A DNA stretch of 64,000 nucleotides from Eledone cirrhosa (GCA_964016885.1 OZ024761.1:17174001-17238000); one strand, 5' to 3'; positions 1 to 11,274 are shown, counted from the first letter of the stretch. Notes: a model not told the origin generated them from the sequence alone. A program made the numbers and translations.

Positions 1-130
1 TATCAGATGCTGAATTTGTCGATGACATAGTTTTGGTGACAAATACAGTGAAGGAGGCAGAGGATTTGATGCAGGAGGTTGAGACTGTGTCGATGAGTGT
101 GGGGCTGAGAACGAATGAGACTAAAACAGT
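1..130 (+). mobile_element. Degenerate RTE-type LINE reverse transcriptase fragment
   Basis: Translates as ..EFVDDIVLVTNTVKEAEDLMQEVETVSMSVGLRTNETKT, resembling the (Y/F)ADD catalytic region and downstream helix of non-LTR RTs; ends in (TA)n. Confidence 0.65.
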
Positions 131-494
131 GTATTTATATATATATGATGGCTGCCCCTTCGTTATCGAGTATTGCCATTGCATGATAAAATTAAAAAAA
201 TATACACACATATATATTAATAATTAACGGTGCTGCAATCAAATGTGGCTTTTTAGTCCATGATTGACAAAAGACAGTTCAGAGTTTAATCCAATTTGAA
301 AATTTCCAGTCATAGTAGTTTCTTGAAACCTTTGGTAATGGAATAATTATATTGTGTTGTTTATTGTGTAATTTAATAACTCTGTACTATATATAGAGCA
401 CTTTTCTTTTCTTTACCTTTTCTACGGAAATACTTAACACACACACATATATATATATATAGTTAAAAGAATAGAGGTGTAACACACAAGTTAT

Positions 495-889
495 TATATA
501 TTGGTAAACGGAATAGAAAATGCTGACAAATTGTTCACAGTTGAAAAATGGTTTAATTAGGAATAAAAGAGTATTAGTGATTGTATGGGTTAGTATTCAG
601 TTGTGGTTTTAAGTTTTTAAGTTTTTACCGGTTGCGCATTTCTAAATGCTTTTCAAAAATAATTTTGAGATAGAGTGTCCGTGCTGTTTGCTCTGATCTG
701 ATTAGTTTTGGGAATTCTACCTGTTTTTATGTTAAAAAAGTGGCTCCAGCATTGCTTAAAAACTTAAAAACTTAAAACCACAACTGAATACTAACCCATA
801 CAATCACTAATACTCTTTTATTCCTAATTAAACCATTTTTCAACTGTGAACAATTTGTCAGCATTTTCTATTCCGTTTACCAATATATA
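495..889. repeat. Perfect 133-bp inverted repeat (arms 495-627 and 757-889, ~130-bp spacer)
   Basis: tatatattggtaaacggaatag...gttttta is the reverse complement of taaaaacttaaaaac...ccgtttaccaatatata. Confidence 0.9.
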
Positions 890-892
890 TAT

Positions 893-1259
893 ATATTAAT
901 TCAAAATATTAATAAATATAGACATTCAACGTAATCAAAATATATTTTATTATATATATTTTGGAGGTACTGTGCTGTTTTTTCAGTACGTCCTCACTTT
1001 CTCCTACTCACCCTCTCCATTATATTTAGTTTGTCATGTTAGTACTTAAGGTATATAAATATTGAGTTTTGTTGAAATTAATCACTGCCAAGACTGGAAT
1101 TGAACCATCAGCACAGTTGAGGTATGTCACACATCAATTTATATATTTTATCTGATGAGGACGTACTGAAAAAACAGCACAGTACCTCCGAAATATATAT
1201 AATAAAATATATTTTGATTACATTGAATGTCTATATTTATTAATATTTTGAATTAATAT
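893..1259. repeat. ~104-bp inverted repeat (893-996 / 1156-1259) overlapping a hammerhead motif; Penelope pLTR-like
   Basis: Arms are reverse complements with ~2 mismatches. Confidence 0.85.
1141..1212 (+). ncRNA. Type I hammerhead ribozyme motif
   Basis: Stem I ATATATTTTAT/ATAAAATATAT (11 bp), CTGATGA 1152-1158, stem II GGACGTACTG/CAGTACCTCC, GAAA 1190-1193, palindromic TATATA, AUA cleavage triplet. Confidence 0.8.
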
Positions 1260-1352
1260 TAATAACTCCAGAAAACTTTTACTGTTGAGTGCTTCTAATC
1301 TATTGTAAAATTATATTCATTGATTAATCAATGAACCTTGTTTATCTTTTGG

Positions 1353-1640
1353 TTAAAGTTATGTTGGTATCACAACATCCAGTCTGAAACAAATGAGGGC
1401 GTGTAGGTGTCACGACAAAAAAACACACAGTCCACGCTGTAATGTGGCCGTGTAGGTAACACGGTAAAAACCTCCCAGTTCCACACTGTAAACGTGGTTG
1501 GTGTTAGGAAGGGCATCCAGCCGTAGAAAACCCGCCAGACAGTCCTATGCGAGCAAGGCAACCACTCTTGCCTCAAGTGGGAAAAACCCATCCAAACCCA
1601 TGCAAGCGTGGAATATCAACGTTAAACGATGATGATGATA
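1353..1640 (+). mobile_element. RTE LINE 3' UTR fragment
   Basis: Closely matches the 3' UTR of the RTE at 55060-55453; ends in (GAT)n. Confidence 0.8.
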
Positions 1641-2423
1641 TATGTGTATGTTTGTGTATATATAATATGTATCTAATTTACATAATGGTGCAAGATTTAA
1701 GTGGAATGTAAAGTAGTCAACACAACACTGTAAATCAATGAAACATTCACCAAAGTCCAATTCTGTTTCAGGCCAAAGATATGTTTAATGCTACGATGCC
1801 AAGGAAACAGAAAACTCATGCAAAACCAAAACCAAAACAAGTTTCGAAACCAAAAAGGTAAAAAAATTTTTTTTTTTTTAATTGTTGGCTTCCCCGATGG
1901 CACGATTGGTTAGTGTGCCATACTTATACCCATGTTTATTACCAGTGGGAAGATATGCAGAAGTTCAAGTCCCACTAGGGGCAGATAATTTTGAAAATTA
2001 TTATTTTTTTTTTAACACAAATTTCAAAAATTTTGTATTTGTTTTCCTTTTCTCTTTTTAGTCATCATCTCCTTTACATTTTCTACCTCCCCCCTCTCTC
2101 CCTTACACCGCCTCTGCCTTCCCCCTCCCTCTCTCCTTTACATATCTACCCTATCTCTCTCCCTCCTTTACACAGTCTCTCTTACTCTCTCCTTTACACA
2201 GCCTCTCTCTTATTCTCTCCTTTACACAGCCTCTCTCTCACCCTTCTTTACATGGTTTCTCTCTCTCTCTCACCCTTGTTTACATGGTTTCTCTCTCTCT
2301 CTCTCACCCTTCTTTACATGGTTTCTCTCTCTCTCTCTCACCCTTCTTTACATGGTTTCTCTCTCTCTCACCTTTTCACATTATCTACCCCTCTCACACT
2401 CTTTCTCTCCTCTCTTTCTCTAG

Positions 2424-2526
2424 AGTGTTTGCTCCAACCCGTAGAAGTGCCCGTATCCAACGCATTGACCCCAAAGGTGTACCTCTACCCCCGATGCCAG
2501 AAATAGTGGAGCCTGTTGAAAAATAT
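2424..2526 (+). CDS. WDR76: WDR76 coding exon (first seen in window): VFAPTRRSARIQRIDPKGVPLPPMPEIVEPVEKY
   Basis: Polypyrimidine tract + AG at 2422-2423, GTAAGT donor at 2527; RRSARI motif typical of the CMR1/WDR76 N-terminal region; phase joins next exon. Confidence 0.8.
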
Positions 2527-2654
2527 GTAAGTAACATAAAAGAATCTGTGTGGCTGTGAGTATATATCTGTGTGTATGTATGTATCTGTGTTTATACGTA
2601 TGTATCTGTGTTTATACGTATGTGACTATGTATGTCTGTGTGTGTGTGTGTCTG

Positions 2655-3060
2655 TGTGGTTGTAATGATGATGGTGATAATAGTGATGGTAATGGTGGTT
2701 GTAATGATGATGGTGATAATAGTGTTGGTAGTGATGGTAATGGTGGTGATAATAGTGTTGGTAGTGATAATGGTGGTTGTAATGATGATGGTGATAATAG
2801 TGTTGGTAGTGATGGTAATGGTGGTTGTAATGATGATGGTGATAATAGTGTTGGTAGTGATGGTGATGGTGGTTGTAATGATGATGGTGATAAGTGTTGG
2901 TAGTGATGATAATGGTGGTTGTAATGATGATGGTGATAAGTGTTGGTAGTGATGGTAATGGTGGTTGTAATGATGATGGTGATAAGTGTTGGTAGTGATG
3001 GTAATGGTGGTTGTAATGATGATGGTGATAAGTGTTGGTAGTGATGGTGATGATAATGAT
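2655..3060. repeat. (GGT/GAT/AAT) trinucleotide-based minisatellite
   Basis: ~47-48 bp units of ggtggttgtaatgatgatggtgataatagtgttggtagtgat. Confidence 0.9.
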
Positions 3061-3088
3061 GTTTTTCTTTCCATTTTTTTTCTTTAAG

Positions 3089-3243
3089 GAGCGCAAACCT
3101 TTGGGCCCTCTCAAGATGTCCGACTTGGTAAGTGAAGAAAACAGGGAAAATGACTGCAAATTATTTTCTGCCAATTTGAAGAACCTTTCTGATGCCACAG
3201 AACATTCCATATTGAAAGCACAGGCTTCAGCTTCGTTGAAGAG
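3089..3243 (+). CDS. WDR76: WDR76 coding exon: ERKPLGPLKMSDLV...AQASASLK
   Basis: AG acceptor 3087-3088, GT donor 3244; phase 0 in, phase 2 out, matching neighbouring exons. Confidence 0.8.
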
Positions 3244-3489
3244 GTACTTCTTCCTGTTTGATACAGCTTGCCTTAACACCACCACCACCATCATCAACAA
3301 TGTCACCGTCATCACCAACACCATCACTATAATCATTATCACTATCATTACCACCCTCATCATCACTAACAACACCACCAGCAACATCATTACCACCCCC
3401 ATCAACATCATCACTACCACTGGGATCCCCATTATCACCCTCACCGTCAACATCATCACTACAGTCAAACCTATTTAAATTTTTATATT

Positions 3490-3700
3490 TAAGCCTTTAC
3501 CATTTACATTACTCTATATTTACTATTATATTTTCATGGTAAAGGCTTCACCTCACATAATTATCTCACATAATCTTGAATCTACAAGATTTTGATATTT
3601 ATTTTGAGAAGAATAACTTAATGTCAGTATGAGTGACTAATTACAGCCAGTTTGAACTGAAAGAAGTGAGAGAATTCTGGCCAGATTTAGCCAGTTTAAA
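3490..3700 (-). mobile_element. Diverged piggyBac-type MITE copy (reverse orientation)
   Basis: Reverse complement of the 7780-8000 / 14421-14638 family. Confidence 0.7.
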
Positions 3701-3704
3701 TTCT

Positions 3705-4095
3705 TCTTTCTTGTGACGCTAAACTCTGCCAGTTGCAGACTGCGCATCAACATTAGATATTCTTCTCCAGATAGTTTGATCACCAACAGCAGAGTTTAAA
3801 GATCGAAGATCAAGTCCAGTCCATCAGTTGACATTATCAAGCCATCGATTTGGCTGCCGGCCTCTGCTTCTCTTAACAGCCAACCTTCCTTCCAGGCATA
3901 ACCTACTCACACCATGAGTTGATCTTTTTATATGACCGTATAGTTTGAGTACACTTGACTTGACAATTGATGTAATTGGTCTAAGTTTGGTAATGTTGAG
4001 CAGCTCACTGATACAGATACGGTTGCTGAGCTGTTTGCCAGTCATAAGTCTCATGATGTGATTCTGGAATGTAGAGAGCTTCTGAAGTGACCTTG
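3705..4095 (-). mobile_element. RTE-like LINE 3' ORF fragment
   Basis: LKLYGHIKR...EGRLAVKRSRGRQPNRWLDNV matches the RTE C-terminal (W/Y)xGH...RGRP..W motif. Confidence 0.75.
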
Positions 4096-4127
4096 TCGTC
4101 CTATTAACATAGTCAAGACCGGTTTAA

Positions 4128-4296
4128 CTCGTTAGCATTTAAACCGGCCATAACTGGATGCACATAACTATAATAAGGTAATTGTTCTCAAAATAAGTGA
4201 CATCAAAATCTCGTAGATTTGATATTATGTGAGATAGGTAAAGCCTTTACTGTGAAAATACAATAGTAAATATAGAGTAATGTGAATGCTAAAGGG
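4128..4296 (+). mobile_element. piggyBac-type MITE
   Basis: TTAA on both sides, ends ...tgctaaaggg; same family as 7780-8000. Confidence 0.75.
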
Positions 4297-4350
4297 TTAA
4301 ATACTAAAATAATATTTTTTTTTCAAAATTTAAATTAAAACTATTTACAG

Positions 4351-4504
4351 CTTTCTGAGTGACTTTTCTCGAGTGGAGGTGAGTGAGACTCAAGTGAGGA
4401 AAGTAGTTGAGTCTAGAATCTTCTCATTGGTCGTCCATCCATCTAAAGAGAAAGTTCTTGTTGGTGCTGGTGGAAAATGGGGATCCATAGGACTTTGGGA
4501 TGTG
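4351..4504 (+). CDS. WDR76: WDR76 coding exon, first WD repeat: FLSDFSRVEVSETQVRKVVESRIFSLVVHPSKEKVLVGAGGKWGSIGLWDV
   Basis: ttacAG acceptor, GTAAGT donor; resembles the WDR76/CMR1 KV..RI.S...HPS...LV..G.K.G..GLWD pattern. Confidence 0.92.
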
Positions 4505-4925
4505 GTAAGTTCCATTGGATTATTTCACCGACGGGGAAGAGGTCTGTGTGTGTGAAGGTGGAGTGGAGTTGACTGTAGTGTGGGTAACAGCATGTTCCAC
4601 CCCTCCCCCTCTGTATGTACCTACCTAGGCTTTGTATGCACTGGAACTGATGCTGCACCATAAATAGTAAGAGGTGTGTGTGTGTGTATATATATATGTA
4701 TATATATATTCTTATATGAGCGAGACACGGTCACCTGACCCAACTTGCCTCTAAATGGGACCCGTCTAACCCATGCTAGTGTGGAAGATAGACATTAATC
4801 GATGATGATGATGATATACATACATACATATATATATATATATTCTACATACAGCTTGCCTTCATTAGCTGTTCACCAAAGATCTTTATGACCCACGCAT
4901 GTATGTGTGGATATATATATATATT

Positions 4926-5168
4926 CTAGGGCGGGTAAAATTCCCGAGATCTATGAACGAGTTCTCTCCAGCGGTCTCTGTCCCTCATTATCACTGCCAT
5001 GTCCTGCATCTCCAACAGACCAGTGTCTGTCCTTAGGGCATCAACATACATTAACCTTGGTCTTCCTCTTCCAGTGTGTCCATGTAGAGGCTCCCACAGG
5101 AGCACTGAGTGCAATGTCAACTCTGGATGTCGGTGAGCATGTCCAGCTAACCTCAGTCTCCTCTGTGT
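4926..5168 (-). mobile_element. RTE-like LINE 3' fragment
   Basis: QRRLRLAGHAHRHPE...LLWEPLHGHTGRGRP...DRDRWR C-terminal motif. Confidence 0.75.
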
Positions 5169-5439
5169 CACTTTTGAGCTGACTTTTGAGCTAATACATA
5201 TATATATGTATTATGCTTTGGGAGAGTTATGCTGCCAATAAAAATGTTTTCAAATAAAAAATCTTGCAAAACAAATACAAAAATGAAATATATATAAACC
5301 TTATATAACCCCGTCACCAACATAAAACAAGAAATGACAAAAAACCAAGCCCTCTCCACTGCAGACATACAATACAACATATACAGTCAAACAGTAAAAA
5401 AAAACTCACTAACCAGAACACGGTTATATAATAATAATA

Positions 5440-5710
5440 ATTGTTTTTACTTTTGGCACAAGGCCAGCAATTATCCCAGTGAATTACTGGTACTTTATTT
5501 TATCGACCCCGTAAGGATGAAAGGCAAAGTTAACCTCAGCGGGATTTCAACTCAGAATGGCAAGGGCCGTAACTCTTTGCTTCAAAGCATGGCGTCCGAC
5601 CCTCTACCGATACTGCCAATCCACTGCCCTCACGGTTATATAATAATAATAATAATAATAATTGTTTCTACTTTTGGCACAAGGCCAGCAATTATCCCCG
5701 CGTATTACTG
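5440..5710 (-). mobile_element. Meta-domain-like tRNA SINE, reverse orientation
   Basis: Reverse complement of gcctttcatccttacggggtcgataaaataaagtaccag core with A/B-box-like head. Confidence 0.75.
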
Positions 5711-5740
5711 ATAATAATAACAACATTCTTTTATTTGCAG

Positions 5741-5899
5741 AATCAAGGACTTGCTGAGGCTGGAGCTGTCTGCTATCACCCCCACACCAAACCAGTCAAC
5801 TGTCTCGCCTTTAATCCATACAATCTAGACCAGCTGTACTCCTGCAGCTATGATGGTACTCTACGCTGTGGTTACTTTGAAAAAGACATCTTTGAAGCT
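5741..5899 (+). CDS. WDR76: WDR76 coding exon: NQGLAEAGAVCYHPHTKPVNCLAFNPYNLDQLYSCSYDGTLRCGYFEKDIFEA
   Basis: ttgcAG / GTAAGT, 159 nt, WD repeat with SSYDG-like motif. Confidence 0.93.
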
Positions 5900-5951
5900 G
5901 TAAGTAGAAACCACCAACATCTCTATTGTTGTTATTATTATTGTCGTTGTT

Positions 5952-6280
5952 GGAGTCACATGGCTTAGTGGTTAGAGCATTGGGCTTGCAATCGAAAGGT
6001 TGTGAGTTCAATTCTCGGACCAGGTGATGTGTTGTTTCCTTGAGCAAGACACTTTATTTCACATTGCTCCAGTTTACTCAGCTGTAGAAATGAGATGATA
6101 GGGACTGGGGTCCCTATCATTCCACTGTAAAGTGGACGTGTAGGCGCCACGAAAAAGCACCCAGCACTCACTGTAAATGAGGTTGGTGTTAGGAAGGGCA
6201 TCCAGCTGTAGAAATCAAGCCAGAACCAGTTCCCGTCCCACCCTTGCAAGCAGGGAAAAGCGGACGTTAAATGTTGATGT
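5952..6280 (+). mobile_element. tRNA-derived CORE-SINE with RTE-type tail
   Basis: tggcttagtggttagagc (A box), gagttcaattct (B box), ccttgagcaagacacttt...cagtttactcagctgtagaaatgag (MIR CORE-like), tail shared with RTE 3' UTR. Further copies at 8882-9220(+), 32268-32603(-), 42175-42508(-), 57795-58117(-), 59606-59852(+). Confidence 0.85.
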
Positions 6281-6287
6281 TATTATA

Positions 6288-7035
6288 GGACGGTGGTTTG
6301 GCAGTATCGGTAGAATGTCGGGCGCCATGCTTTGCAGCATAGAGTTACAGCCCTTTATGATCTGGGTTCCAATCCCGCCGAGGTTAACTTTGCCTTTCAT
6401 CCTTACGGGGTCGATAAAATGAAGTACCAGAAATACACTGGGGTCAATTTAATCGACTTTCCTACACCCCAAAATGGTTGACCTTGTTCCTAAATCAGAA
6501 ACCATTATAGGGTGGTGGATTGGCAGTATCGGTAGAGGGTCGGACGCCATGCTTTCCAGCATAGTTACGTCCCTTTACGATCTGAGTTCAAATGTCACCG
6601 AGGTTGACTTTGCCTTTCATCCTTACGGGGGTCGATAAAATAAAGTACCAGTAATGCACTGGGTAATTGCTGGCCTTGTGCCTAAATTAGAAACAATTAT
6701 TATTATTGTTCTTCACTCAGCTTCTAATGCTGGAGATGTATTACAGTGTTAGCTGTTCTCTACAAGTAAACTGAGGTGACACCCCTTAAAATTCAGCTTC
6801 ATATATTGTTCATTATTATTATTATGTTTTTTTTGGGGGGGGGGGGGTTGATTGACAGTATCGGTAGAGGGCCGGACGCCATGTTTTGACGCATAGAGTT
6901 ACGGCCCTTGCCATTCTGGGTTCAAATCCCGCCGAGGTTAACTTTATTTTATCAACCCCGTAAGGATGAAAGGCAAAGTACCAGTAATACACTGGGTAAT
7001 TGCTGGCCTTGTGTCAAAAAGTAGAAACAATTATT
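6288..7035 (+). mobile_element. Cluster of three Meta-domain-like SINE copies
   Basis: Repeated ggcagtatcggtagag...gttcaaatcccgccgaggttaac...aaagtaccagtaa; further copies at 7500-7670, 8715-8840, 9510-9700. Confidence 0.8.
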
Positions 7036-7062
7036 ATGTTTTTTTTTTGGTTTTCTTTTTAG

Positions 7063-7184
7063 ATTTACTACACACCAGAGGAAGATGATGTGTTATTACG
7101 GAACTTCTCTTTCTTTGATGCTAACACTATGTTTGTATCACAGAGTGATGGAGATGTTGCTATAGTCGACACACGTACAACGAG
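7063..7184 (+). CDS. WDR76: WDR76 coding exon: IYYTPEEDDVLLRNFSFFDANTMFVSQSDGDVAIVDTRTT
   Basis: T-rich tract + AG 7061-7062, GTAAGC donor; open frame and phases match neighbours; not in supplied ORF track. Confidence 0.9.
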
Positions 7185-7779
7185 GTAAGCCTGTCCGTAT
7201 AACCATTTTAATACCAAACCACTTGAAACCCACCCCTACTTAGTTCTAAAGCCTAAAGTCTGTCTTAAGCCATTTGAGGCTCGTCAGGCCAGTGCTTATC
7301 CTAGTTTCATGGCATGAAGCGACAGAGTACAAAACTTCCCCTTGGACAAGATGCCAGCCCATTGCATGGTTAAACCCCCAGCTACTGCTGGTATTCATTT
7401 TCAGCTGGGTACACTGGAGCAACGTCAAATAAAGTGTTTTGCTCAAGAACACAACATGCAACTCAGCCCAGGAATCGAACCCACAACATCCAATGATCAT
7501 TGTAGAGGGTCGGACGCCATGCTTTCCAGCATAGTTACGTCCCTTTACGATCTGAGTTCAAATCCTGCCAAGGTTGACTATGCCTTTCATCCTTATGGGG
7601 TCGATAAAATAAAGTACCAGTAATGCACTGGGTAATTGCTGGCCTTGTACCTAAAGTAGAGACAATTATTTTAACAATAATTTGTAAATCACACATAGTC
7701 CCTTTCATTTGAAAATATAGAAACGAAAGGGTTAAAGTGTTTATATTTATCTAAAGACCTTGCATGTAAGAACCTTTAA

Positions 7780-8000
7780 CCCTTTAGCATTCAAACCGGC
7801 CATATCTGTCCAGAATTCTTTCACCTCTTTCTGTTCAAACCGACCATAACCAGCTGTTCATATTTTATGTTAAGGTATTGTTCTTAAAATAAATAACATC
7901 AAAATCTCACAGATTCGATATTATCTGAGATAAAGCATTTACCGTGAAGATATAATAGAAAATACAATAGTATATATAGAGTAATGTAAATGCTAAAGGG
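7780..8000 (+). mobile_element. piggyBac-type MITE (221 bp)
   Basis: TTAA|CCCTTTAGCATT ... AATGCTAAAGGG|TTAA: terminal inverted repeats plus TTAA target duplication. Confidence 0.88.
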
Positions 8001-8245
8001 TTAAGTTAGTTTCCAAACACCATCTTGATAATAAAAAAAGTTAGTACATTACTGAATCCCTCCGAATTTTTGACTATTTTAACATTGATTTGAAAATCAG
8101 TCAGTCCCTTTCATGAAAATATGATGATGAAAGGGTGACTTATTCAAGATTTAGTTTTTATTCAATGAAATGTTGTGCTAGTCTTATTTACTTTGTGTCA
8201 AGCAGGATTCACCTAAGATGTGTTTTTCTTCTCTTTTTTTTTCAG

Positions 8246-8347
8246 TGCCAAACCCCAAAATTTATTTACTGCGAGCCACAAGGGGCTTCGTTCTGTTGAC
8301 ATTCATCCATTGAAGAAGGAGTATTTTATTACTGCTGGGCTTGACTG
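8246..8347 (+). CDS. WDR76: WDR76 coding exon: AKPQNLFTASHKGLRSVDIHPLKKEYFITAGLD
   Basis: ttcAG / GTATGG, WD repeat content, phase 2/2. Confidence 0.9.
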
Positions 8348-9398
8348 GTATGGACACTTATATACACACCCTCATATACGCTCACACACTCACATACATG
8401 CACAAGCACACATATATGTGTGTGTATATATATATATATATATATACCTACAGACACATACATGCTGAAGCTCACAGAGGAAATTACGAAGTACCGTGAC
8501 AAGTGGAGAGATGCTGTGCTGAAAAGGACCCGTCCTACCCTTGCAAGCAAGTAAAAGCAGGCGTAAAATGATGATGATGATATTTGCTCTGTGTTTTTAC
8601 CTCCACTAATATCCGTTTCTCTTCAAACCTTTATATTTTATATAAACATATTGAGCTATTCCTTTTTTAAAACATGGCAATTATATACTATCATTATAAT
8701 TCTCTTACGTCCCGTTACGGTCTGAGCTCAAATCCCGTCGAGGTTAACTTTGCCTTTCATCCTTATGGGGTCGATAAAATAAAGTACCAGTAATGTACTG
8801 GGTAATTGCTGGCCTTGTGCCAAAAGTAGAAACAATTATAATTCTCTACTCTCTTATATATAAATTTATGTATGTATATATGGAGGCACATGGCTTAGTG
8901 GTTAGAGCATTGGCCTTGCAATCGAAAGGTGAGTTCAATTCTCAGACCGGGTGATGTGTTGTTTCCTTGAGCAAGACACTTTATTTCACATTGTTCCAGT
9001 TTACTCAGCTGTAGAAATGAGATGATAGGGACTGGGGTCCCTATCATTCCACTGCAAAGTGGTCGTGAAGGTGCCACGGCAAAAAAGCACCCAGCACTCA
9101 CTGTAAATGAGGTTGGTGTTAGGAAGGGCATCCAGCTGTAGAAATCAAGCCAAAATCAGTTCCCGTCCCACCCTTGCAAGCAGGGAAAAGGCGGACGTAA
9201 AATGAAAATGAATGAAATGATATATAAAACTAATAAATAGTTTATCGCTCTATATGGCTGAATATAATAAATGTAATCTGAGTTTTCTGAATATTAATAA
9301 TAATATTCGATTCGTTTTCAATTATGGAAACAGCCTCTTTCAAGCCATGTCAGTAGAATGACCCTGTCATTTTTATCTTGTGTTGGCATATAAACAGA

Positions 9399-9441
9399 AC
9401 TGCAGACAATGTTTCTGGGTATTATCCTTCATCAGTACAGT
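9399..9441 (-). ncRNA. Minimal type I hammerhead ribozyme motif
   Basis: Minus strand: ACTGTA-CTGATGA-AGGATAATACCCA-GAAA-CATTG-TC-TGCAGT (stem I ACTGTA/TGCAGT, GUC triplet). Confidence 0.68.
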
Positions 9442-9766
9442 ATAGTGTTTACCTGGCAATAGCCAGAGCTAGGTATATATATATATTATCATCATTATCA
9501 TTTAATGTCAGGGCGGTGGATTGGCAGTATCGATAGAGGGTCGGACGCCATGCTTTGACGCGTAGAGTTACGGCCCTTGCCATTCTGAGTTCAAATCCCG
9601 CCGAGGTTAACTTCGCCTTTCATCCTTACGGGGGTCGATAAAATAAAGTACCAGTAATGCACTGGGATAATTGCTGGCCTTGTGTTAAAAGTCAAAACAA
9701 TTATCATTTAATGTCTATATATATATATACTTATCATGTCACCCTCTTCCATTGCTACCATTACAG

Positions 9767-9913
9767 TGCAGTGTCATTGTGGGACCTACGAGCAATCAAG
9801 AAGAAGCCAACCAAGATATGTTCAATGGCTGCCTCTAGGATGATTGACAGTGCATATTTCTCTCCTCTCACTGGGAACTACATCCTCTCAACCTCTCAGG
9901 ATGACAGACTCAG
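9767..9913 (+). CDS. WDR76: WDR76 coding exon: AVSLWDLRAIKKKPTKICSMAASRMIDSAYFSPLTGNYILSTSQDDRL
   Basis: ttacAG / GTAGGA; WDLR and SAYFSP.TG motifs characteristic of the WDR76/DDB2 family. Confidence 0.93.
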
Positions 9914-10214
9914 GTAGGAATAATAGCCACTACATCTTCACGCACATTCCCTTCATTCACTATCATTGACGAGTTGTATTATTTTTTAGGGGACCCTTTA
10001 ACCCTCCTGGGACCTTATTTCTAATGAAATCTATGTTGTTTCAAATTATGTAGGAAGATTTAAAAATGTAAATAAAGGAAAGAATCACTGGACAGATTTT
10101 ACGGGCTAAACCAACTGGTAGGAGACTCAGGGGTAGACCCAGAGCAAGATGGTTGGATAGTACCATGAGCTTGGCTGGTCACGCTTGGGGCTCTAGCTTG
10201 ATCACTTGAATATG

Positions 10215-10810
10215 AATAATGAAATTATTGTGTAAAGCGCCCAGGTGCACAACTCGTCAAAGGTGCATGTATAGTACATAGAATAATACACAAATGACAG
10301 GGAAGTGAATAGTGTATGAGTCATGATATACATGTGTGTATGTGTATGGAGGGGGAACATTAGGTGTAGTGTTGGCGAATCTGGGGAAGCATGGAGGCCT
10401 TAAAGGATGCAGTGTCTCGACAGCTAAAAACCAATGCAGGTAGTTTGTTCCATGGAGGTTTTAAAGGATGCAGTGTCTCGACAGCTAACAACCAATGCAG
10501 GTAGTTTGTTCCATGGAGGTTTTAAAGGATGCAGTGTCTCGACAGCTAACAACCAATGCAGGTAGTTTGTTCCATGGAGGTTTTAAAGGATGCAGTGTCT
10601 CGACAGCTAACAACCAATGCAGGTAGTTTGTTCCATGGAGGTTTTAAAGGATGCAGTGTCTCGACAGCTAACAACCAATGCAGGTAGTTTGTTCCATGGA
10701 GGTTTTAAAGGATGCAGTGTCTCGACAGCTAAAAACCAATGCAGGTAGTTTGTTCCATGCTTCAGCAACTCTGAATGTGAAAAAATGTTTCCGAAAGTCA
10801 TGGGAACTTG
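10215..10810 (-). mobile_element. CR1-like LINE 3' end with internal 60-bp tandem amplification
   Basis: Same sequence as 52505-52788; unit ggatgcagtgtctcgacagctaacaaccaatgcaggtagtttgttccatggaggttttaaa repeated ~6 times (10400-10760). Confidence 0.8.
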
Positions 10811-11011
10811 GAGACGGTTGCTTCTGATAGGACCCACTAGAAGGACTCTTCCCCCATGACCCTCTCAGGAATAAGTGGGCAAAGAAGAAGATCAGCTGAA
10901 ACGTTCATAAGCTGACCACGATACTCTCATGGAATGACCAAATGAGGTTTATTTTTCAACATAGAACTGTTTCATTCTTTTGAAGTCATGTATTTCTGTT
11001 TCTGTTTTCAG

Positions 11012-11065
11012 AATGTATGACAGCAGCGAGTTAACTTCAAAACTACCATGTCTCCAATCTCTTAG
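11012..11065 (+). CDS. WDR76: WDR76 short coding exon: MYDSSELTSKLPCLQSL
   Basis: ttttcAG / GTAAGT, 54 nt, phase 2/2 bridging ..DRLR and SHNN.. Confidence 0.85.
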
Positions 11066-11235
11066 GTAAGTCTGTTCTTCATCAGTCACCACCACCACCA
11101 TCACCACAACTATCATCATCACCACCACCATCACCACAACTATCATCATCACCACCACCATAACTATCATCATCACCACCAACGCCACCACAGGCTTCAT
11201 ACTTTTATAATTTGTATTCACATTTAAACTGAAAG

Positions 11236-11274
<39 letters not shown>

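Noticed and set aside
300-345. Possible additional hammerhead (gaaacctttggtaatgg)
   Set aside because: No CUGANGA core; too decayed to support
5952-6025. tRNA-like sequences (also 8882, 39810, 52213, 60592)
   Set aside because: A/B boxes continue into CORE domain and LINE tail; these are SINE heads, not tRNA genes
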